A stretch of DNA of 22,829 nt from the NCBI GenBank assembly GCA_018985225.1, contig JADGIF010000078.1, positions 1 through 22,829 on the forward strand. Direction: 5' to 3'. The translations under genes were made by a program, and so were the position numbers. Shown one piece after another: positions 10,886 through 19,800 of the stretch. A model generated the notes under the pieces. The model was not told the origin of the DNA and ran no database searches. It worked only from the letters and a program-made list of their open reading frames with translations. This DNA comes from Amoeboradix gromovi X-113 (Eukaryota; Fungi; Sanchytriomycota). Position 1 is the stretch's first letter, and each line of letters starts with the position of its first letter.

Positions 10886-11558
10886 ATGACAAAATTGTAC
10901 GTCGGGAATTTGAGCTATGATTGCACTGAGGAGCAGCTTAAAAACCATTTCTCAAGCGTAGTAGAGGTTGTAACTGTGGAAGTCGTTGAGAGAAATGGCA
11001 AAAGATTGGGATTTGGTTATGTTGAAGTTGAGGGTGACGATATTGAAAGTTTGATTGAGCAATTGGATAAAACTCTATTGTTGGACAGAACCCTGAAGGT
11101 GGAGGCGCAGCAAGAAAAAATCTCTACACGTGGTACAAGAGGTCGAGGAAGAGGTAGAGCTCGTGGTCCAAGATCCCCAAGAGGTAACAATGCTAACTAT
11201 CGCGGCGGAAAACCTGTAATTATTATTAATCTAGAAGATTTACGAAGGCGAACGTGTTGAGACTGCAACTAATGCTTATGTCGGTAATTTGCCATGGAAA
11301 TACACTAATGATGATCTAAAGAAAATGTTTGAAGATGAAGGTTTGAAAGTCAACACTGCTCAAGTTATCACACGCAAAACTAGAAATCGTGTTTTAAGCA
11401 AAGGATTTGGTTTTGTTGAGTTTGAATCAGATTTGGACCAGAAAAAGGCTATTGAAAAGTTTAATGGCAAGGAAATCGAATCTAGAAGCCTTGTGGTCAA
11501 AGCTGCTTGGGAACATCAAAAAGAAGTAGTTGGTGATGAACCAGATGAGCAAGAGTAA
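10886..11558 (+). CDS. RNA-binding protein, RRM-RG/RGG-RRM; exons 10886-11215 and 11235-11558; 217 aa
   Basis: RNP2 LYVGNL and RNP1 LGFGYVEV; RGRGRGRARG linker; after splicing, a second RRM with AYVGNLPW and KGFGFVEF. Confidence 0.9.
11216..11234 (+). other. 19-nt spliceosomal intron in the RRM gene (phase 0)
   Basis: gtaattattattaatctag; excision joins the two RRM ORFs in frame and supplies RNP2 of RRM2. Confidence 0.9.
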
Positions 11559-11634
11559 ATTCAAAATTATTTTGCATTCGAGTACTTCTTGCATTTACAT
11601 GCCAAATATCGTGAATTTTAAAATATTTATTTGC

Positions 11635-12662
11635 TTAAGCACCTGTGATCTCCCAAACTCTAATCTTATTGTCAGTATATCCGGCAAACAAAGTTCTTCC
11701 ATCAGCAGACCATGTTAAGCAGGTTGGTCTTGGTACAGCTTCACCATCTGCCATCTCTGGTTTTAATTCATCTACAACTCTTTTGGTTTCCAAATCGTGA
11801 ATAATGATGCATTTATCTGTAGCAGCACATAGCCAGTAACGATTTGGCGCAAAACATAAAGCATTGATAGGATCATGCGCATCCAAAGAATACAGATGTT
11901 TTCCTTCATTCAAGTCCCATAACATTGTGGTACCATCTTTACCACCACTAGCAAATAATGATCCATCAGGCGAGATTGTAACTGTGTTGACATATCCAGT
12001 GTGTCCCATATGCTGCGTCTTGAGTTTACCAGTCTTAATATCCCATACCTTCGTTAGTCTGTTTGATCATTGTGATTGTTTAATCTCATTGCTTTCGCTC
12101 CGAAGTAGCAACTATCAACTAATTAATCTTATCAATAACTTACCTTTAACAATTTGTCCCATCCACCGGTAACAAATGCATCATTTTTCATATTTGGTGA
12201 GCATCTAACGCTTGAAACCCACTCAGAGTGAGCATCATTAATGGTGTCTTTACATTCACCAACTGTGTTCCATAACTTAACTGTCTTGTCTCTTGAAGCA
12301 CTAAGAATTACCTTGTTAGATGGAGAGAATGTAACACTAAGTACATCGGCATCATGTCCTACAAACTGTCTTCTAGTTTCACCAGTTTGTAAATCCCACA
12401 ATCTCAATGTCTTATCCCAAGAGGAAGAGATACAGTAGGAACCTTCAGCACTAATAGCAATATCACTAACAAAATGATTGTGTCCATGTAAGCAGGTCTT
12501 TGCGTATCCATATGTAGCTTCTCTAGTTAATTTCCAAACTAAAATTGTTTTATCTCTGGATGCGCTCACAAGCATATCTGGATATTGTGGGGTGGTTGCT
12601 AACGCTGTTACCCAATTGCCGTGACCTTCTAATGTACCACGATATGATGGAACTTCGCTCAT
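11635..12662 (-). CDS. RACK1: RACK1/Asc1/Cpc2 ribosome-associated WD40 protein; exons 12662-12144 and 12048-11635; 310 aa
   Basis: [12 protein letters not shown]..., [21 protein letters not shown]|VWDI..., [17 protein letters not shown] and [10 protein letters not shown]. Confidence 0.97.
12049..12143 (-). other. 95-nt intron in RACK1 (phase 0), snoRNA host
   Basis: GTAAGT donor and ...GACTAACGAAG 3' end; excision restores WDKLLK-VWD. Confidence 0.93.
12058..12135 (-). ncRNA. U24/snR24-like box C/D snoRNA (divergent)
   Basis: Elements in order: guide TTGCTACTT, D'-like CGGA, GC-GAAA-GC hairpin, C'-like AATGAGA, then ATCACAATGATC. This parallels yeast U24 as recalled (UUGCUACUU-CAGA...AAUGAGA...AUCACCAAGAUC), which also lies in the ASC1/RACK1 intron. 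Terminal C/D boxes are non-canonical and the ends are approximate. Confidence 0.72.
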
Positions 12663-12712
12663 GTTATAATAGTTTTTCTAAAACATACAATTAATAGAAA
12701 AAACACGTGAAC

Positions 12713-13500
12713 CTGGGTGAAACAATATACCTAGTTCTTCTCAATTCGCGAGAATAGCATCTGGGATATGCTCTATCAAAAGTACACTTGCGAGTGGTGA
12801 AAGGGGTATCAATTTATGAAAGAAAAGATGAGTTATTTAATGTCGAAAAACTCATAAGCGTTGCCAAGACTATTATGCACAAATTTATCTAGGCCATTAT
12901 GTAAATGCTAATTGGTACTAGTTTCTAGTGGCCAATATAGATTGTAAAGATTTTATAGGTTCTTTGATTTCTTATGAAGACTTGAAGGAACTTCTCTTTT
13001 GATCCAATAAATCATTTATTGCAAGTTCATAAATTTTATTATATCATGGTTTTTTACTGAAATAGTTTAATTTCATAAAAGGTCGATATCTAAGCGGCAT
13101 GTGATGTATGTGAATAAGTCACGATGTATGGACAAGAGTGTCGTCAAACGCTTAATGGTCTTCATTTGCATATATACAGTATCAATAGTAACATTGCTAA
13201 TCTCAATAAACGTAGCAAATACACATCGAAAAAGAAATTACAAGAAGTGATTAAGTATTTGGGCAAGTATTCAGTGATCTTGCTGCCGGAATTCGCAACA
13301 TAAGAAATGACCAAAAATTTACCAAGAAATGAAAAGAGAGATGCAGTCGCTTAGACACTACACTTTCAAAAAAGGCTCTCGCATAATGCAACCTGTAGGG
13401 TCAGAAATTTCTGCCTGTAAACGAAGCGTACTCAACCATTCAGTGAACAAGTCTCATACGGTTAAGAAATTTATTTAGCAGCATTTATTACACAAGTAGG
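12713..13500 (+). pseudogene. Decayed Fanzor (Fanzor2-like)/TnpB RNA-guided endonuclease gene; transposon relic
   Basis: Translation across stops and frameshifts gives KYLGKYSVILLPEFAT*EMTKNLPRNEKR / MQSLRHYTFK / RLSHNATC / GQKFLPVNEAYSTIQ*TS, colinear with the Fanzor RuvC region. Boundaries are approximate. Confidence 0.72.
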
Positions 13501-13935
13501 GAACATTCGGCTCTTCAATAAATTCGCTTTTGTTAACTGTGACGAAAGTGAGAAAAGAGCTAAATTTGTACAAAGTCTGGAGGTATTATGGTAAGTATCT
13601 TGATTATCAGCTTGTCACTACTGAGTCAAGTTAAAGTTGTAGCTACGGCCGCACATTCCAAAAGTATTATTTACAGTGAGCACCAAATCTTCAAGTTATA
13701 AAATGTGTATTTAGAAAAGCAAAGGACTAATCCAGAAGATAATAATTTTAGTATAAGTATTTGGCCTGACCTCTAAGTGATGAAATATGGAGTACCTCCG
13801 TAAGATTAGTCTGTCTAATTTTACAAAATTTTCTAGCATGATATGAAAATAGTTGGAAAAGGTACCATCAATGGAGAACATGAGCGGAGAAGACTTCAAG
13901 TAATGACGGAAATTATTAGATGCAGTCGTATTTAT

Positions 13936-14313
13936 TCATCTACTAATTGGGCTTTCAACATCACAACTATTGTCATAACAACTGCTCAAACTTTGACGTC
14001 TATTGTTTCTCGCACTTGTAGAAACAGTTAAATTCGTTAAGCCTGAATAGCTGTTATTTTGTAGCTGATCCGTTATATGCGGGATTCTGCCCTCTCTTGT
14101 TGGGGACATCCAATTTAACTGATATTGTAATGTAGCTACATCTGAGCGCTGCTCTTCGAATTGTGAATCCACTCTATCCAATCTAGAACTCAATCGATTA
14201 AATCCTTCAGGTTGCATATCAGGTTCCTCCGGTGTAGAATGCAATCGAATCGAAATACTCCTAATATCATCCAAACTTTCTTTTCCTTGTGGTATCATTC
14301 GATGCAATATCAT
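13936..14313 (-). CDS. Hypothetical protein (125 aa from the first ATG) with a short coiled-coil-like segment
   Basis: Open frame whose TGA stop overlaps AATAAA (TGAATAAA), as in the real genes of this window. No family recognised. Confidence 0.4.
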   Translation of the reverse strand: MILHRMIPQGKESLDDIRSISIRLHSTPEEPDMQPEGFNRLSSRLDRVDSQFEEQRSDVATLQYQLNWMSPTREGRIPHITDQLQNNSYSGLTNLTVSTSARNNRRQSLSSCYDNSCDVESPISR

Positions 14314-14679
14314 GTTAGTCTTTAAAATAATGTCGACCAATCAGTTCAATAATCAAAATTAATAATTTCTAATGCGGTCGTAAAACATCTTAATGGTGAC
14401 GATTACAGAGGAATACTGAAATCTATTTCAGATAAGATACAAGTTAGAACCGTAAGCGTGTCGTGTTGTTAAATAATAAAACTTAAAAACAAGAATCGCC
14501 ATAACGGAGTGTAATAAGGATGAAAACATCATACTAGAATGGAATCTTAATAAGGTCTTGCGGAATTTACGGGTATAACTAATTTCTGATTCGATTTTAG
14601 CGATTAAGACTATTTGGCAAAATTCAATTAATTGCCAACCAATCAGAGTGTGGCCTCCTTTCATAAATACAATCTTCCC

Positions 14680-16293
14680 ATGTCACAGCAAATGCCAAAG
14701 CTTTTAATTGGAAATGATGAATATCGACTAAGAGATAATACAACTATTGGAAGAAAAGATGACAACGACATTACCCTGGTTTGCGCTAAGATTTCTAAGA
14801 AGCATGCAATAATATCCCGTGTTGGTGGCCAATATATAATTGAAGATCTAAAGAGCAGTAATGGTGTGCGAGTTAACAACTGCCCTATATCTACGCCGAC
14901 TGTATTAAAGCATAACGACATAATTCAGTTGGGTACCATTACAGCATACTACAAAGAACGCAGATCTAGTGAAAATGATACTCTTAAGCTGGTTACGATT
15001 AATAGAAATACAGCCAATGAGTTATATAGCATTCGTGCCGAAATAGAACAGCGTGAAGAAGATTTTAGCAGGGCTGAAGACATCCAAGACATTGAAACAT
15101 TAAAAGAAGACTACGAGAAACTGAGACTGGCTTATGAACTGAGCAAAGAGTCTGTCACAGTGGACTCCAAAAAACACTATCTCAAAATGTTGGAGCTCAT
15201 GTTTAACGTGCTACCAATAGACCGAGGTGTAATTTTAGAGTTGGACTACGCAACAAACGAACTGAATCCCACTGTCGTTAAATTTAGAGACGGAAAAGGG
15301 GATGAAGGACAAGAAATTCATCTAAGTAATACCATTTTAGACCGGGTTAAGGAGTCTAGAAAGTGTTTAATAACTGCAGATGCTACAGAAGACCCCGATC
15401 TTGGTAAATCCATGAGTATAGCTAAAGGCAAAATAAGATCGGTCATGTGCGTTCCATTAATAGCTCACGACCAAGTTCTAGGCATACTTCATCTAGATTC
15501 CAAAGATAGAATTAATGCTTTTGCCGAGAAAGATGTTAGTCTCGTACAGACAATTGTTAACCAAACAGCAGTTATGATTGAAAACTCTAGACTTTTTAAG
15601 GAATTTCAAAAAGAAGTTAAAGTCACTGAACAGTTGAGTCGTTTCTTGGCACCTCAATTGGTCCAGGAAATGATACATTTAGACAATCCGTTCAGTAGAG
15701 GTGGTACTCAAAAGGAGGGCACCATATTATTTGCCGATATCAGGTCGTTTACTGCTCTCTCTGAAAAACTAACTCCTGAAGAAGTTTTTGAATTGTTAAA
15801 CGGGTTTTTCGAACGTATGGTCAGCATTGTATTTAAGCACAATGGTATGGTGGACAAGTTTATCGGCGATTGTCTCATGTGTGGTTTTGGCTTAATCGAG
15901 GATGAAGCATTTCCTGAACTACGCGCCATTAGTGCCGCGTTGGATATGCAAAAAGCTGTCCATGAATATAACGAAATGCGCGCAGACGAAGGTAAATGTG
16001 CTATTAGTGTCGGTATTGGCTTAAATACGGGTAGCGTATTCTTTGGATGTTTAGGTGGTGCAGAACGTATTGAGGTCACTTCTATTGGCGATGCTGTAAA
16101 TGTTTCTTCTCGCATATGTGGTATAGCCCAAGAAAATCAGGTGCTTGTTGCGCAATCTACCTACGACAGGATTAAAGACAAGGTCCGCGCTACTTATGTT
16201 GGCAAAGAGCGCCTAAAAGGAAAATCTCAACCTGTTGAGGTTTATGAGGTTTATGGTGAGCTTAATAATTCAGTAACCAGCCTTGAAGAATAA
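14680..16293 (+). CDS. Soluble class III adenylyl cyclase with FHA and GAF domains; 537 aa
   Basis: FHA (IGR...ISKKHA...DLKSSNGVRVN), GAF (SVMCVPL...VLGILHLDS...F...D) and cyclase (ILFADIRSFT, DKFIGD, GIGLNTG, TSIGDAVNVSSR). Lys in DKFIGD and Thr in EVTSIGD point to ATP specificity. Confidence 0.92.
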   Translation: MSQQMPKLLIGNDEYRLRDNTTIGRKDDNDITLVCAKISKKHAIISRVGGQYIIEDLKSSNGVRVNNCPISTPTVLKHNDIIQLGTITAYYKERRSSENDTLKLVTINRNTANELYSIRAEIEQREEDFSRAEDIQDIETLKEDYEKLRLAYELSKESVTVDSKKHYLKMLELMFNVLPIDRGVILELDYATNELNPTVVKFRDGKGDEGQEIHLSNTILDRVKESRKCLITADATEDPDLGKSMSIAKGKIRSVMCVPLIAHDQVLGILHLDSKDRINAFAEKDVSLVQTIVNQTAVMIENSRLFKEFQKEVKVTEQLSRFLAPQLVQEMIHLDNPFSRGGTQKEGTILFADIRSFTALSEKLTPEEVFELLNGFFERMVSIVFKHNGMVDKFIGDCLMCGFGLIEDEAFPELRAISAALDMQKAVHEYNEMRADEGKCAISVGIGLNTGSVFFGCLGGAERIEVTSIGDAVNVSSRICGIAQENQVLVAQSTYDRIKDKVRATYVGKERLKGKSQPVEVYEVYGELNNSVTSLEE

Positions 16294-16879
16294 TAAATTA
16301 TTTTATTTAAGCAATCCCCACATTGTAGATTCTTATTTTTTAAATTATAGATTTCACAGGTTAACTGGCAGTTCTAATAATTAAGTTACATCAGTTGCTC
16401 ATGCTTCAACTAGGGTATGGACAAAAGTATATGTACCTTTTCTCATATGATCGCTCCCTGCTTTCAAATGACAGTTTGTGCATGTTTTTTGTGCAAATTA
16501 TTTTCTTTAGAATCCTTACGCATTTTATGACTACTTCACGTTAGTTTGCAATAAAATACATAACATCAGCTGGTAAGTCAACAATGTCACTTAACATTTC
16601 TCTTTAGCATATTTCTATTCCCAACAAATGGTCATGATGAGATTAACCGTATTGTAGTTGAAACAACAGGCCGTAGCATATTGCTGTAAGGAGCATCCGA
16701 TTCTGTTGCAGAGTGCTGTGAAGTGACTGTTGCACTCTTCTGTCTTAATCTAATCCGCTTTACATTAAATGACTGTTATAATGGTCTCAATATTCTCTAA
16801 TTTAGTCTACGAGCCTTGCCGTCATTGGAAACATTGAGATCAAATTAATTCAAATTTTTTTTATTGCTCTACTCGTGAT

Positions 16880-19800
16880 TTACTTGTGTGCTAAATTATG
16901 CACATACCAGTTCAATTGAGTCGACCATCCTAACTTGATACTTTCAAGTATCAAACTCTCAAATTCAATGGCTGCTTCTTCCTCAGTTAACCCGATGCTG
17001 AAGGCTTCCTTCAAATAGTCTATATCCTCTATTGACTTTAACTCTGGTATTCCTGTACTAATCATCTAGATTATTATTAATTACCATGGCGAACAAATTA
17101 ATAAACATGTTGGCTTGTCTCCTTATTATAATATATGCTTTTATGCATAAATCTATGAATCTTAAAAAATTAGGGCTATCTTTCTTGCCTATAATATAAA
17201 TGAAATCAGGGGTTAATACAAATGGGCATCTCTCTCTTTTAATACCGAATTTGCGCTTTATATTTCCTAAAAAGTGTCCAAAATCTATGTGAAACAATCT
17301 GCCATCCTTGGTCAACATTATGTTGTCATTATGCCTATCTCCTATACCTAAGCAGTATGTAGCTACACAGTATCCGGCGCAGCTCAATGTAAACATTTCC
17401 ACTGCTTTCAGATAGTCCTTGTCTTCTGGATTCATTTGCCGTAACCATTGATCCAGCGGATCCTCTTTGAATGCTGCTGCAGATCCTCCCAAACTCAACT
17501 GAATTCCACTAACAGTCCAAGCGTTCTTAACTACCTGAATCAGTCCCATATCGGGCCCTGTTGACAGGCATTCATAAGGAGCCAGTCTCATATCTAAACC
17601 TTCGCTATGCCATATTTTGTCCATCAGCCTTAACATTTGCAAAGTCAGCATATCTTGCCTTAAGTCGTCTCCACTTTTGTATATTATAGGTATTTCTTCA
17701 CCGTACCTCTCGCTGTTCTCAAATACAATCCACAAAGGGAGCTTTTTACTATCCATCACTTTGCATTTCTTTAAATTGATACTGTTCAAGGATTGATTAG
17801 GATTTAGAGGCAAGGCAAATCCCGACTCCAGTTTTAACCCACTGAGCATGTTCTTTAGTACTCGCGTACGCTCAGCGGATATGGATTTTTTAATAGCCAA
17901 AGCGGTGTCATTGATCTGCTTCAACAGCATGTTCTGTTTGATCAATTCTTCCATATGGTCTGGGCTAGCCAATAAGTAGCACTCTATTAAGATAGCAAAT
18001 AAGGTGCTAACATCTGGTCTGTGTATGTCTGCTTTTAAGTACCAAAAGAATGCATGTCCGATACTTTTGTTTAAAACTGATCTTTTTAATAGAAACCGGG
18101 CCAACTCTGAGTCAAGCCTTGGTTCATACTTCAATGCCTGTGTCAACTGCAGCATTACATCTACTAGTTGGTAATCTCCCAGATGGTTTTCTAAATTTAT
18201 CACGGCAAACCTTCGTATATCGGAATCGCTAACATACGAGTCAAGCAATCCCAATGCTACATCTAACGGCACTTCATTGAACAATTTTAATACTCTTTTC
18301 ATCTCCAATACTGAATTCAGATCATTCCATTTAGTGCTCATCACTAGTTTAGGCAGAGCTTCCGTTCTATCTGTTATGCAATATCTATATTTCCAAATAA
18401 ACTGCTTTTCTGCTGCGGTCAGCTTTGTCAACGGATCAAATAGCAAAATTCTGTCCAACTCATCCATGTCATTTACATCAATAGCAAACCGAGTGTCGTC
18501 TGATACTTCGTGTATATCTTGTTCAATAAAATCGGGGCAAGTTACTGGCGTGCTATATTCTTGGAACTTCAAATTTATCAATGGGTGATCTTTGTCGTTT
18601 GAAGAGAATATCGTGCCGAGAGGATTGCCTTTTTCGTGGGGCCATAGCCTAAATGATTGCTTACCTTGCAGTAAATGACTTCTGAAATCAACTAAGAGAA
18701 TGTTGATCCATCCTAATGGCACAAATGCATCCAAATGTTTTTGATAAACTGTAAGGCAAAGTCTAGCATTCTTTGGTATGTTCATAGTAGCTAGTTCGAA
18801 ATTTAGCCACATATTAAAGAACATATTTTTATGGTTGATTGGGGTCGAAATGGAGGGACAAAGTTCTTCGCCTCCAAAGTACAAACCACTGTGCACGTAA
18901 ACGTCAGTTCCGCTTGCGTTCTCAATATTTAATATTTTAACTCTGAATTCTTTGTAGATGTCCCACATGCTAAGTATTTTAATCTCAGATGTTTTATTGT
19001 TTTCTATACTCAACAAAGTGTGGTCAGATATATATGGCTTACTATCATCGATCAAATCCTCATTTATATTAGAAGGAGTGGTGCTTGTATCTATTTTCTG
19101 TTTTATTACAAGTTCAATTAGTTTCGCCCCCTTAAACACCTCATTCTTAAAGCAACTAAAACTTATCAGCGGGTATTCACCATATATGACCTCACCAGTG
19201 CTGATGCTCTTCAAAATATAGTTTGATGCAGCCGGGATAGCAGCAGTACCGGTTGTAGCATTGTTATTTGCAATCTTTCCTATGTATTTAACAATCACAT
19301 CAAATGGTCTTTCAAATGGAGTACAGCTAACAGTTTTGAAGCTACCCGGACCAATACTGGAGAATATTCTCAAGGTGATAATCGGATTATTTTTCAACAG
19401 TCCCTGGAGATAACTAGGAAGCGGGCTGAAATCCACTTGGGGGTTCAAATGGTAAATCGTTAAATTTCTGGTAGACTGGGCTGTTTTACATAAACTCAGT
19501 AATCTGCGCCTTAAAATCGGATAAACGTCGCTTCTGAACAGTTCATACTTACGATAACCAACACCCATTAATGATGCAATTTTCTTTTCAACAGAACCGA
19601 TAACATGCTGCTGTTTTTCACATAACATTAGACTGACTTTTTTGTTGCTCTTCAAGTATAAATTGGTAGTTTGCAGAATTTGCAAATCATCAAATACTTC
19701 AATAAAATCAGTGCCATCCCGGTACTTGAACGTATAGACACTAGACTTATGATCCACTTTGGAAATCGCAAACTTTTTTATTTCTGCCATAGTTATATAA

